The notes below the pieces were generated by a model. That model saw only the letters and a list, made by a program, of their open reading frames with translations, was not told the origin of the DNA and did not search any database. From contig CAJVPI010000043.1 in NCBI GenBank assembly GCA_910592345.1, positions 1 through 64,000 of the forward strand: DNA of 64,000 nt, read 5' to 3'. Positions 1-13,542 of the stretch are shown piece after piece. The stretch comes from Paraglomus brasilianum (Eukaryota). Numbering within the stretch: the stretch's first letter is position 1; every line of letters starts with the position of its first letter. The position numbers and the translations under genes were made by a program.

Positions 1-928
1 CACCAAATACAACATCAGTACTCCAACCACTGGACCAAGGAATCATTTATAGTTTTAAGGTTAATGTTTTATGTTAGCGTATTTGTGTTATAAGGTAGAA
101 AGTTTTAAAGTTTTAAAGTAAATATCTCGTTTATTAGGCGCAATATAGGAAAATCTTATGTAGGGAGAAAATCTTAACGTACGAGCGGCTGTCAAATGAA
201 AATGACGATATTCCTCAAATAACGATTTACGATGCAATTCACTTCGTCGCTCGTGCGTGGGATAATGTAACACAAAGAACGATATGCCACAGTTGGCAAA
301 GAAGTGGAATTTTACCTTTGCATCAGTTAAGCGACAATGAAGAGCAAGGGGGAGACAGCAATGGTTGCGATGAAAAACAACAGTTGGAGAATGATTTAAC
401 TGATTTAATTGTCCAGCTTCCTATTTCGGAACCTCTTTCCGCTGATGAGTATATTCGTTGTGACGATAATGAGGAATATGGGGAAGAGGCAAGCGTTAAA
501 GATATTGTTGACGTTGTAAATGGGGTGGGAGCAGTAGATGAGTCAGACTCGGAATTGAAAAAAGAGGTTTCCACCAGCAACGCATTAGAATGTATCACAA
601 CTCTCATTGATTTTATTAATCAAAACGATTATGAGATAGACGCTAGTTGCATGTACAGTTTGAACAAATTGAAGAGAGCAGTAATCCTAAAAAACATAAT
701 GAAAAAGAAACAAACGAATCTTGATCAATTTCTTGTCTTTGATTACTGACAAATATATACTTTTACCGTGTACATTGACAAACTTAATAAATATCAAGTA
801 ATAAATAAAAACCGTTATATCAAACATTTTCTGAGCTTGCTATATCGGATTTTCGGTAAAACGGATTGTCACGATATAACGGTTTTGGTGCCTGTCCCGA
901 CGAATCCGTTATATCGACTTTCACTGTG
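1..928 (+). mobile_element. 3' part of a pogo/Tigger-type (Tc1/mariner superfamily, DDE_1) DNA transposon, including the right terminus
   Basis: Transposase coding sequence is followed by a terminal region ending ...CCGTTATATCGACTTTCACTGTG and then TA (929-930). Subterminal CCGTTATATC/GATATAACGG motifs are repeated at ~812-915. Confidence 0.85.
3..749 (+). CDS. pogo/Tigger (CENP-B-related) DDE transposase, C-terminal part, cut by the window edge, with one intron (60-137)
   Basis: 3-59 reads PNTTSVLQPLDQGIIYSFK (DDE_1 'LQPLD' motif). After a GT..AG intron, 138 onward reads AQYRKIL...TIYDAIHFVARAWDNVTQRTICHSWQRSGILP, in frame with ORF 318..749, which ends KKKQTNLDQF. Confidence 0.88.
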
Positions 929-2706
929 TATACGGTGAAGAATACATGAATAATAGTATCACGTGAACGGGTGTTACTGTAAATGCACCATTTGCATTGT
1001 TCTCTAAATGCACAGTTCCAAACTCTCAGTCTCGAGGGTGCATTTAGGGAGTTGAGAGTGCTAAACTATCTCCCTTATCAATTTAGTAAATCGAAGCGTT
1101 ACCAATTCTAGTAGGGGTACGGACGAGAGCATCCATAAACAATTACAGTACCGAGTAACTTCACTGCCGATAAATCACTCGAGCCCGTAATCATTTAAAA
1201 ATTTAGAACACACCTTTCGGAGCGCGTCGTGAGCAAGCAACAGTCATACAAAGACAGCGACAGGGATGCAGTGACGTCAGTGCTAAAATAATCTTGCAGA
1301 CGTCGAAGAGTACTTGATAGGTTCTGACTCGTTTTTTTACAACGGCGCACATTAACTGGTCACATATAACCATATGGACAATTTGACATTCCAGCAGTAG
1401 TTATTTCAAGTAAGTAAACTCACAATAGTAATAGTTTTGGGGGAAAAAAATTGTCTCATAATTGGAAATTTCTGTAATACTGTATTCAGATGCAACAACA
1501 AAAATGTATACGAGTTTAGGGAATATCGATATATCACATGCCCGTAGACAAGCTAAATGCATATCCCTATTGTCAAAGACTGAGCTTAATTCATCACATA
1601 ATGCTACTGCCATACGACTTCGTGCAGCTGCAATAGATTGCTTTCACTCATGTAATATTGAGGGCAATTACAGAACTACAGCTGTTTACAACACGCGATG
1701 GCAGTTCGTAACCTCCTGATATTTCTAATTTTCTCAAGGAAAAACAGACGATCCTGCATAAAGAAAGCGGGATCCTACAAAAACAGAGGTTGATCGAGTT
1801 GACAACATCGATGGTTTCCACGCCAACAAAGCGGCGACCCAAGCGATCAAAAAGGATAGACAGTAGTTTCATTCCTAACTATCCATTTAGTTAAATGCGA
1901 GTATACTATATACCAGTTTAAACGTAACATTTATTCAGATAATACAAAGTGATATCTGAAATCTTGAGAAAGAACATGTTGTAATAAACCTTAGTGTCAC
2001 GTCTCCATTGTCTTTCGCATTTGTGTAGGTGCCATTTAGCCGATCAAAACTCTGTTTCCCAAATCACCATGTTTCAAACCGAGTTAGCAATGTCGAACTG
2101 GTGTAGCTCTGACAATATTATCCTAAAATATATGGTTAGTAAGATAACCATCTTATTGTTCAGATCAATGTAGCACGTGTTCAGATATCACACTCATTAC
2201 TAATTTTGTCCAATTTCTTCTTGACGAACTTACTGCGCAAGTCTAATTAGTTTGACGTTTCTATTTGAACTCGCGATAATCCTGTACATTTAGCATACAA
2301 TGTGACATGTTTTCCTCTATTGTTATTTTGCAGGGCTCCTTTTCACTTACCCTGTTCACGACGATATGATGTCATTTGATACCACAAATGCTTTCTGGCA
2401 AAGAGATGTTGTGCTCCCTGCAGTTAAAGTTAAATACAATATACAAAGCGGTCTGTTTCAGAGCTCGATTGGTTGCTTTAAAAACGGCTTCTAGCTGATA
2501 ATCGCAGCATTTAAATAGAGAACAAGTTGTTTATTATTTGTACATGGTAAGAAAACTGAACCTGTCAGTCTATGATACTAAGAATTAAGGTTGAGATGGA
2601 TGGATCAATAAATAAATAATACTACAGATGACTATTCGCAACGAGAATAATGCTATCATTTTTTGGAGGTCTACAATAAATTACTTTATCAACTATCTCC
2701 TAAATA

Positions 2707-3549
2707 TTATTCCTTGTATACAGATTCAACATCGTTAGGCTTGTTATTGTTCTTCAACCCATGTCTCAATTGTTCTTTAGATAACTTAATCATCATTGGA
2801 ACCATGGTCAATTCCACACTAATAGCAATAGCAAAGAAGAATACACTTGCTGTTCCGTCCGGCAATACAGCTCTCATAATTCTAGCAAATGTAGTCACTA
2901 CCATTCCTATAATCGCATATTCTATGCTGACATGTAAAAATCTTCTCAATTTCACAGCATGATCGTTAGTTGGTCCATAGATATGGCCCGTGGTCAGTAA
3001 CCCCCTTTCGCGTAGATGTGATATTGCTACGTGTGACATGTATCCATACCAAACAACGCTTACGATTGCGAACAATATGTTGAATATCTGTCGACGAAGG
3101 GCTACATTCTTCAACAAATAATATTGGTTCAGTCCTATCGCCGTTTCGCGGGGCTCGTCTACAACCGCAAAAAGCACAATTTTTGTTATAGCTGTGATTC
3201 CCCACATGATTCGTGTCGTCAATATACTCTTGCTGTACGGCACGATTCTTAGGAACAGTATCACATCGTTTATCGTAAATGCGATTATGTTGGTCACCAG
3301 GATTAACGATGTAATTGCTACTTGAGACGAATCGGGTAGAGACCAGTCGCATAGACCAACTATTAAACGAAAGATGCTAAAGATGCAGCCGGTCAAGGTG
3401 ATGAGGAGAAGTCTGGAGCGCGAGTAGTACCAGTATGAGCATATGTGGAGAAATATCGTTATTAGGAGAAGAAGAGCGCCGCCAAAGATAGCAGAGACGA
3501 GAGAAAGGAGAGGGAGGCTGGATGCTGGTATGTCAACTACCTGAGGCAT
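2707..3549 (-). CDS. Intronless 280-aa polytopic membrane protein, about 7 predicted TM helices (GPCR-like topology)
   Basis: ATG-to-stop ORF with seven hydrophobic stretches of ~20 aa, short loops and a polar C-tail. No family recognised. Confidence 0.7.
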   Translation of the reverse strand: MPQVVDIPASSLPLLSLVSAIFGGALLLLITIFLHICSYWYYSRSRLLLITLTGCIFSIFRLIVGLCDWSLPDSSQVAITSLILVTNIIAFTINDVILFLRIVPYSKSILTTRIMWGITAITKIVLFAVVDEPRETAIGLNQYYLLKNVALRRQIFNILFAIVSVVWYGYMSHVAISHLRERGLLTTGHIYGPTNDHAVKLRRFLHVSIEYAIIGMVVTTFARIMRAVLPDGTASVFFFAIAISVELTMVPMMIKLSKEQLRHGLKNNNKPNDVESVYKE

Positions 3550-5716
3550 CTTTGTTGTGGTCTGTTGTGATTTTTTCCAGAGTGGTGCTGATATGTTGGT
3601 AATATGTCGTTAAAAGTCGTGGTTGTTAAATGTGGCTTATTCTCGTTGTTTGAATGAATTCCCTCGGTCTTTGTATTAAATGAGCGAGATATTATTAGTA
3701 ATAATGATTATGAGATAGTTTATTGATGAATAAAATGTTGGGTCAGTCTGCTATTATATACTTGTACACGGGTACATTCGGTAATACATCCTACCTTAAC
3801 TGTGTGGTTATGTCTTCAAATAGACTTCTAGTGGTTGAATCTCATATTCTTTGTCGTCTGTTTGTGGATGAATTTCGCTTATTTGTCCGAATACTTGGTT
3901 GACTTTATATGTATTGTAAATCGTGTGCATACAAGATGTAAATAGAAATGAGCGCACTTTTCTTTCTTTGTATGAAACACAAGGGAGATGTTATTTCTAG
4001 GCATGTTATAGAATGCTATGCTTCTAAGTATAGACTGATTAACCCTTGCCTAGTTTATCAGCCAATCATTGCATTTCGTATTGGAAATAATATTAACATA
4101 CCTTTGTGCGTACCTATTGTGACGAAAATGCTGTCTTATGTTTTATGGCAGATCAATAATTATTTTACCAGGTCAGCAGACCGAAGCAGCAAGTATGCAA
4201 GCTGCACCAAGTGCGCTTACGCTATCTGATGTTATGTGTCGTTTGGCATACGAAGAAGAAGAACACATACATGTATGTAGAGACAGTAATAGTAATAATA
4301 CAGTATGTACAGTATCTTCGTTTCCGTTGTTGTTGAAAAGGAGAGTAAGATGATCAAGGCTTTGCACATTCTCTCGTTGTGGGTAATGAGTTTTATATGT
4401 GTCATGCAAATGTTTCAAAGTGCATTGGGATAAATTAAATTGGATAAACTAATATCAGATTACCCGTCTAGCATTAGTTTACTGCGCCATGTTCTAAATG
4501 TAGTATTCTATTAGTATTAGTATTAATATATTAGTAAACCGCAAAATCCGATTTGTCAGCTTTTTTCCCTTTTTTTCGCTTGTATAACCATGAATGCATA
4601 CAATTATGGAAGAGAAGGCGTGGATAATTGTTCAGATGAAACAATACAAAAGTGAATTTAGACCCGCCCGAGTTCAACGATGGAATATATCGGTAACCAC
4701 ATTAATAAATAACACTCGTTGCCATAATAATAATCGGAATACCGGAACAAACGGGTGACATTTTGTTGTAAATAAATTCTTACTGACTGGTCGTCCAAAG
4801 CTCAAGAATTACAGAGAATTAACCAAATATATGCATTAATAACATTCCTTATTAATATTCGAACGCAATAATAATAATCAAAGAATGATATTTATTGCAT
4901 TTAATTATTTTTGTCGCAATATAAACTTCCAAGGGCTGCTGCTGGTTCTCTTTTTTTAACTAAACTTATCATCACTAGTGATTGGTACGTAATTAATGAC
5001 TTATTCATCAAGTTTCCCGGTAAATAATTGATAGTGCATTAATGCTTACAAAAGTTCATTTCAGATCGGTATCCCTAACTTCATGTAATACGTCACGCCA
5101 AATGACGTCTTTTTCAAGACGGGTCATGGCAAGACAAACTTGCTTAACTAAGTTTTACGCATTTGTAATTACTAATAATTTAATTATGTAGTCGTACTGT
5201 ACGCAGCGCAATGGGTGACGTACCGTGCGCTGCTATTATTGTATCTGCTTTGACGGAAAGACGTAATCTAAAAAAAGTCTTCACATGACCTGGAATACAT
5301 TTTGATTAATTGCATAATTGATCCCGTAATTCGAATTACAGATTTTTTTTACCGTCTTCCGAAATTCGAGTGTAAGGGAAAGTTTTATTGTTCGCATAAA
5401 TCTGAACAATGGTATCTTTACGTTCAAGCCATTCTAGTTGCTGTATAACGTAAACTCGTACTGTGACATCAGAAAAGTACAACCAATCAGCTTCAAATAT
5501 ATAAATTGTAGCGCAGTTTAAATAAATGATAGGTATTTAGACCCCTGATAACCAAACTTTATATATTTACATATGCAGTATCTTGACAAGCCACAGCTCT
5601 CAATTTAATCTAAGTCAAATGAATGTCGTTATAATAAACACGGTAACCGTGTCCTTTGTCTACAGTGACATAAAATATCTGCAATCATATAAAATGGTCT
5701 AATTATTTAACATATA

Positions 5717-5903
5717 CAGTCAACCCTCTTTATAATCACTTCCTCTATAAGCACATCATATAGAAACCTTTTTATCAGCACACTATGTTTGAGAACCAAT
5801 TACTATTGAACTTATAGAAAAAAAAACCCTCTATATAGTCACACCTCTTTATAAGCACATTTTCAACAAAAGCTGTATTGTGTAACTATAGAGAGGTCGA
5901 CTG
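5717..5903. mobile_element. pogo-like MITE (187 bp)
   Basis: TA|CAGTCAACCCTCTTTATA ... TATAGAGAGGTCGACTG|TA, i.e. imperfect TIRs with a TA target duplication. Internal CCTCT(T/A)TATAAGCAC repeats. Confidence 0.85.
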
Positions 5904-7221
5904 TAATATACTCTTTAGTTTACCAAGTCACGTTTCCAAAGATGAAAAAACTCGCCTCTATTATAGACAGCCAATTCTCCGTGTCTTTTTAAATAAAGAC
6001 CTTTTATCATTATCGCTAATCAAAATTTCTCAAGTGGGGGAATAAAACCTAGCTTTTTATCCAATTATAGAAGTTATTTGTAAGTAAGTACGTTGATACT
6101 CAAGCAGCGTAGTAATACTGCTTGTCCGCCTGCGCACGGCTCGAGTAATTACTGCTTGTTCGCCAGTGTCTTATGCTCAAATACAAACATTTTTTTGCAA
6201 AATTACAATTAACAACGTTAGCATTAGGGTATGAACTCTTCTGATTGTTAACACGCGATAGTAGTCTTTAAATTGTCTTTCAGGATTTGACAAGGTCAGA
6301 AATCCAGATATTGACTTGTCAAAAAAAGAAAAGAAATTCGTAGCCATAAAATCTCCCGTGTTTGGCGTGTAAATCCGTTACCAAAAAATTTAATTGTATT
6401 AGTATAGAAGGTAATTGAAGAGAATATGAAACAACACCTTTGCACAAGTCTTGGAAAATACTGGTCAAACCCAAATTAAATTTTAATTCTGTAGCATCAT
6501 CTTTTTAGGAGGAATTGCTTTTGCTTGAAAGATGACATTCCGATCCGAGAAAGGATAAGCTATTATAGCGCGGATTTCATCGAAAGTTATTGGTAAAGTG
6601 ATGACTGTCTAGTGCTTTCGAAAAAAATAAGCAAGTAACTGTGGCAATGCAATGAATAGATGAGATCATTTGACATTGATATTTTTTATTGATAACATCC
6701 CAATGGCAAGCAAAGAATCCTTTTGATCGAATAGATAAACAGCTCTGATCCCTGATTACAGCATCTACGTTAATCACCATTTGTTTTAAAAAGGGACATG
6801 ATTTTTTGAGTTAGTAAAAGATTGGGAAACAGAAAATAAAAAGGGTATTTATATTACAATTACCGCAAGGTCCGGTAATAGTAATATGAACCCAAAATAG
6901 CTATCACTGCGTCCGTTTAGTTTTATATAAGAACACATCCCATTTGATTAGGCTTAATAATAATAGTTGGAGTATTCCAATGATTAATAGTTAACTCGAC
7001 TGGTTTGCAATTATGCATAACCTGAAAAAAGGTTTTAATAATTCATTAAATAATTTACGACATGAGAGGGGGGGGGGGGAATCGACCGAATACTAAATTA
7101 TCATCATGGTACTTATTCTAGCGTCAACGAGAACCAGACACTAGTCCGTCGATTCGTAAAAATGTCCTTTTTTGAATGCCTCTTCGCCGACTGCACCGTA
7201 TCGTCCCGAGCGTGTCATCCA

Positions 7222-7746
7222 TCACTCTATTGTCAGATTCACCAACGACACATCTATAGACTGATCCTCGGCAGAGGGTTGTCCAACACTGATCAATTGA
7301 CCCAACTCTGTGAATTCACTCAACTCTGCATCTCGCACAATTACGGAATCACCTTCTCTCCTCTCATCACCATTCCTAATATCTCCATCCCCACCTGCAT
7401 TCACGTCTATATGAACCAAAACATCCCTATTCTCGTTTCCATGATTTCTTTCCTCCCCGTCCTCTCTAACGACGTCCTCGTATTTAGGCGGTTCATCGGA
7501 ATAATATCCGTAACCTCCTGCTCCCTCTCTTCTTTCGTTCTCCTCGTCCTCAACAGCCATCATGTAACTCTCGTCGTCTGGGCTGTATTGATACACATAA
7601 ACCACTCGTTCCTCTTGGTTGCCATATCGAAGCGGAAAGCCGTTGTAGTCGCGGCGACATATTCGTCGGCATAGACAACAACAAAAAGTAGGGAGTGCGA
7701 CAAGTAAAGGGAACATTACAAGTGGAATGACAAGATTTAGAGACAT
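7222..7746 (-). CDS. Small single-pass membrane protein with a juxtamembrane Cys cluster and a PPxY motif (Rcr1/WBP1-like architecture)
   Basis: 174-aa ORF: N-terminal hydrophobic helix, then FCCCLCRRICRR, then an acidic tail containing EPPKYED. Confidence 0.65.
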   Translation of the reverse strand: MSLNLVIPLVMFPLLVALPTFCCCLCRRICRRDYNGFPLRYGNQEERVVYVYQYSPDDESYMMAVEDEENERREGAGGYGYYSDEPPKYEDVVREDGEERNHGNENRDVLVHIDVNAGGDGDIRNGDERREGDSVIVRDAELSEFTELGQLISVGQPSAEDQSIDVSLVNLTIE

Positions 7747-9813
7747 AATGTCGTATAATGGAGTTAGAGTGTATATATGTATATATATTGCAATGTGTGT
7801 ATATGTGTATTATGCTTTGACAGTGTATGTAAAAATAGGCTATATGCACAATATGTTCTAGCAGTCGTATCCAAACAATTTAGGGAAAGGCTTTATTTTC
7901 TACTGAATCTGGAGAAGCTCGTATTGAGATGCTATCTAACGCCTTTGGTTAGACCTCTCTTCTAATTTGGTTTTTGTAAAAAAATCCACTCACGAAAAGC
8001 TGTCAATCCTTTATAAACTATTTGTGTATTCTTTCATGACACTTTTCTTTGATGATTATACGCAAGCCCTATATTACGTTTGTCCCCTTGCCCCAGTTTT
8101 GAGTGTCCACAATAACGATAACAATAGCATACATTCTCCATATCTGGCAATGAAGAATAAATAAACTATTCTGAGATTTCCTAATTCAGTGTATTAGTCC
8201 GACAATGAAATGACGATGGTGTAACAGGACTACAGCCACTCATTTGATGAGGAACAGGAATGGGCACGCGTTTTGGGGATCGATACGGAAAAGAACACAC
8301 ATAAATTAAATAAAGTTTCATTTCCATATAACCAGTAATTTTCTAGGCTCGAGTATTATGACCATTAGTGTGAGATCTCAATTCATATATAATGTCTATA
8401 TTTCGTGAGGATTTCGCTATTACTATCAACTGTTCGGCTCTCACAGTCACTCTTCACTATATTTATGGCTTGTTTACTATTCAGCATTAATAATCATGTC
8501 TTCTAAATAGGCCACCAATATTGGATTTACTGTAAAGATACCCAGAAAGTGAAGATCAATATACCAAGAACATGCAAGGGGGGCTGCTGATAAAACACAA
8601 GCTCTTATTCTTCCTGTTGAATTCGTGGTAACCAAGCCAAAGACTGCGCATGATAATCATTTGTTCGCCGTATTAGAAGTCTTGGATAAGAACAAATAAA
8701 TAAACGTGCATCTAATACAAGTGTTGCTTTTCATTAACTACGGGATCATATGAAAGCATGTTTTTACCACCCCTTAGTTATAGTGCTGAAACGCCATGAT
8801 GATACAACAAGGTATTGACTCTTTTTCAGCCTCAAAGTTTCATCTTCTGTGATGCCTGATTTGTTTGAAATCCATTTCGTTGGTTTGTGTGTATATTATA
8901 ATTACAACTTTTAATTGCGTATTAAACGCGGACAACGTATTATCAGAATGTTTCATGAAGCGTGATTTATACCGAGCTAAAGCAAGGGTCCAACCCAAAA
9001 TCTATTATACGTAAATAACATTAATGATATATTTCTACGAACAAATTAACATGAAACAAAGTGGAAACATTGCACGTCTTTAATGCACAATACCAAGTAA
9101 AGATCATTTTAAACAGTGCTAGTCAAGATCGAAACTGTCAGATTTGCGTGAACTAGTTAATGCTATTCTGCTGACTATAGACAAGCGATACACTTATACT
9201 TGGAGCTGACAAAAGAGACGAACAATATTGGAAGAATGTCTTAAATTAAAATAATGTGCGCGCAATTTTTGCATCATTCCCATCTTACCAACGGCCTTGA
9301 AAATACTGTGCACCACGTCAATTGAAGACATGGGGTCTTCATGAATATTAATTTGATCGTTCCCATATTGACTGCTACTTTTTTATTTCCTCCACTGCTA
9401 CTTTTTTTATTTTCTACTAGCGAATCAAAAGATCATCGCCGTAGGCCCTCAGGTATTCTTTTCATTCACGCCTAAACAGACTTTGTGATTGTTATAATGA
9501 ACTATATAACTGTAACAGCTCGTTGTAGTTGTATATGTGGTTATATATGAATAATCATATACAGCTTTCTTAATATTAATTAATAAATCCGGTACTTCTG
9601 TGTATTTTACTTTGGCCGTCACGGTCTATGCATATAACCGACGAGTAAGCACATTACATCCACTTGTATTTAAAGTTCCTAGTTTATTGTAAATACATAC
9701 AGGTCATAGCAACCAAATAAGAAAAAAAAAATTTACTACAACAAAGATATAGATTATAATACACCACACACAGAATTCGACTACCATCACTGTATAATAT
9801 CGAATGTCATTCT

Positions 9814-12800
9814 TTACAATTCAATAAGCAACGGAGTTTCCTTTCTGGGTTCTTGCTTCGTAATAGAAAGAGGGTAAGATTGTTCTGACTGGTATGATTG
9901 TTGATGATAGCCATTGGACTGCTGCGAAAGAGGTTGTGATTGATCTAGCTGATATGAATGTTGCTGTTGATAGCCATTAGCTTGTTGCTGAAGAGGTTGT
10001 GATTGTTCTGGTTGATATAACTGTTGCTGTTGATAGCCATTGGCCTGCTGCAGAGGAGGTTGCAATTGTTCTGGTTGATATAGCTGTTGCTGTTGGTAGC
10101 TGTTGGCCTGCTGCTGCTGAGGAGGTTGCGATTGTTCTGGTTGATATAGCTGTTGCTGTTGGTAGCCATTGGCTTGCTGCGGCTGCGATGGTTGTGATTG
10201 CTCTGGCTGATATTGCTGTTGGTAGCTGTTGGCCTGCTGCTGTTGAGCAGGTTGCGATTGTTCTGGTTTATATAACTGTTGCTGTTGGTAGCCATTAGCT
10301 TGCTGCGGCTGCGATGGTTGTGATTGCTCTGGCTGATATAGTTGTTGCTGTTGGTAGCTGTTGGCCTGCTGCTGCTGAGCAGGTTGTACTTGTTCCGGTT
10401 GATATATCTGCTGGGAAAGAGGTTGCTGAGGAGGTTGCTGCTGAGAAGGTTGCGGAGTAGGCTGCTGTTGAGGAGGTTGTTGTTCTTGTTGCTGCTGTTC
10501 TTGTTGTTGAGGAAGGTGTTGGGTGAATCTGTGTAGCAGAAGAGAAATATACGTAAGTTATCTGACATATACATGGAGCAAATCATCGACTTTTATTAAC
10601 GCTCACCCAGTAAAACCCTGTCCATTATATCCGCCAACACTCCCCTGAGGAGTATATACTTGCTGCTGTTGTTGTGGTTGCTGCTGTGGTAATGGCGGTT
10701 GTTGATGTGGTAATGGCGGTTGTGATTGTGGTAATGGCGGTTGTTGTTGTTGTGATTGTGGTGGTGGTTGCTGATGTCCATTTGCATACTCCGCCTGTCT
10801 AACACCACTATCTACGTTTTGCCCATATCCACCTTGGCTAGCAGAATATCCATATGAATACTGCGGCTGACTTGCCGAATAACCAGTTTGCTGTCCTGAT
10901 ATCATCCCTTGTTGCATGTCGTGCTGTTCCTGAATAAATTGCTGTCTTGCTCTCCCATCGCCAAATTCACTTCCCGCATACTGGGTTGGATTAACAGTCT
11001 GATGATAATATGTAGGTGACGGAGCAGGCGCAGAGGCCAATGGATATGACGTGTTATGGGAGGGAGTGATCGAAGGATAGGTAGGCGCCGTAGAAGGCGG
11101 GACTGTGAGCGAAGGTGAGATAGTGCGGAGGGTGGGTTGGGAGTACACTGATGTGCGACGCATGTAAGCTGATGACAGGCGTTGTTCAAGGAGACTGTCA
11201 TAGAGTTTTACAACTTGAGCGAGTTTATCGTGCATATCAGCTAGCTCCTCTGTATTTTCGGAGAATAGCAAATGAGTATATATAGTTTGGGGAAACAAAG
11301 TAGCAAAGAGAAAGCGCTGTATACTTACGGTGTTTTTGTATCGCTTCAGAGAGTGATTTAGTTAATTTTGGTTTAAGCTCACCAATTCTATCATACAAAT
11401 CCTGCCAGGTTAGAAGAATAGAACGTTAAAGTGTCGAGACTTACATTCCTTTTCTGTTAACTATCTACCCACAAATGTTTTTACAATATACTAACCTGAA
11501 CTTGTCGGTCCCGCATCAAATCTCCTCCCGTATATTGCAACCGATCAACCAGGTCTGTGAACTGATAAATATTCTCCGTTTCTAAAGGCGTCAGCTCATT
11601 TGCCGAATGTACTACCGAATTATTCGAGAAACTACTCTCATACGTTGTTGATTTCGGTTTGTATCCTCCGATTCCATATTGACTTTGCCTCTTCTGATTA
11701 TTCTCCATGTCTTTCAATGATGCTGCAATAGCAGCAGCCAACTCTTTATCTTCCTCTTCAGCAGCCTTCTTCTCTTCTTTCTTAACTTCTGGCTTTTTTT
11801 GGGGTGGTGATGTGTATCGACCACGTGACGATTCGGCTTCTTTGAGTGAGAGTTCAATGGCTTTCTTGATGTCTTCATCGTCTTCATCTTCCGAGAAGTG
11901 TGATTTGCTCGCAGGAGCGGAAATCGTTGGCGGTAATAAATAGGGTTTGGTGATATTTGGGGATAGGTCGAGGCTAGCACTATGAAGACGTAATTCTTTT
12001 TGTTAAAAACTGCGATAAAACATAAATAGTATTGGGGCTAATACTATTTGGAATCTTTCAAATCCAAGCGTTTCTTGCCATACCATCACTGCTTACCTCC
12101 TGTTTCTAAGTGTTCTTCTCATAAAGCACGAATCGCATACTCGCACAGGCTCGTTTATTCCGAAATGAGGGAGGGCTATAGTCTTTGATGAACATTCTCC
12201 ACAAAATGTCTGGCCGCAATTGCGACAATGGTGTTTTCGGTTTGTTAAAGTGAAGGGCGTTCGACATCGCATACAGACATCGCTATCTGACCACTCGGGA
12301 GCCTATTTAAAAGTTTGAGGAAGAGGAGGAATGTTTGAGAACAAATGCATAAAATTGTTGCAGTAGACCTATATTATAAAAAATACTCGATTATATAGTA
12401 TGATTAGAGGAGAATTATTGCTTACAGTTTCTGTGTCAATCATTACCGCCGTTGTCTTTTCTACCTTTGGGAATGGGAAGCCTTTAATTTAGCCCAAATA
12501 ACGAGAAACAAATTAATACTTTGGTCAACTTGTATAGAAGTCACAGATACGGGTAGCAACTGATATTCAATCAACTCCATTCAATTACCTTCCGATTTCA
12601 ACAGCCTATAAGTATCAGTCATATATTGTAGCTCAGATTTACCATCAAATGTCAATCCCCAAGATTGAACCAATGCTAGAATTTTGTTTTTAACATCTAA
12701 ATTCACACCCATCTGAAAAAGGATGAAGAGAAGTAAAATCAGTCGGAAGAATTCTCATTGTTCGGTTATTAACTGAAACGGAATCTTATACGTAAACTGC

Positions 12801-13542
12801 ATGGCACAAAATACATAATTCATACTATATACTTACGGGGGCCTTGATTATAGATACAAGGTTGTCAACAAATTCGCGAGAAGCAATTTCTATCAGGAAA
12901 TGCGAGCCGCCATTCTTTACGCATGTATCAGTGAGCTAAGGAAAGAAAAGCTTGGACAGTTAACATCGGATCAAAAAATAAAACCTAGCTCAAAGAAAGT
13001 AGACTACATATAAAGTATAATTTGGATTGAAAACGAAAAAGTTTGAACATATCGCTCAGTTTTGTAGACCACCACACATTCCAGCCTATTCTCAACAATC
13101 ACTTATTCACCTCTTTCTCATCCCTCCGCCAAGAACCAATGGATCAACCAATTAAATAAAATACCCACACTTAAAGCCAATAACTGCACATTCGGATTAC
13201 TATGACCAATCCTTTTTTTTAGCGATCTCATGGCATCCCTGGGGTAGACGGTTTTACTGCGTATCTGGTCACTAATCTCGCAGTTGGTTGCCAAGTCTTC
13301 TTGACCTCTTGGAAGCAACTCCGAGGTTGCTTTTTCTGGATACGGGAACAGATGGGTAATTATATGATAGTTGAGTGAGTAAATAAACACACGGGTACAT
13401 TTAACAGTCGGTGGATATATGCGTAGAAGGAGAAAAATTATAGAATGTCATCAGGCATTGTTTTCGTCGTATTATATACAGGAATGTAACAGAACTTACC
13501 AACAAGATCATCAAAAGGATTGGCAAACAGCCTCGATATCAT
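9814..13542 (-). CDS. VPS27: ESCRT-0 subunit Vps27/Hrs (VHS-FYVE-UIMx2-GAT-Q-rich tail), multi-exon
   Basis: Spliced start [49 protein letters not shown] exon at ~12100-12300: [27 protein letters not shown]. UIMs [13 protein letters not shown] and [13 protein letters not shown]-terminal clathrin box LLIEL*. Confidence 0.96.
9895..10385 (-). repeat. Coding tandem repeat (~54-60 bp unit, ~8 copies) in the last VPS27 exon
   Basis: Recurring unit encoding approximately [19 protein letters not shown]. Confidence 0.9.

Noticed and set aside
9945..10808. N/S-rich and L-rich ORFs overlapping the VPS27 3' region
   Set aside because: They are alternative-frame or antisense shadows of the Gln-rich repeat exons.
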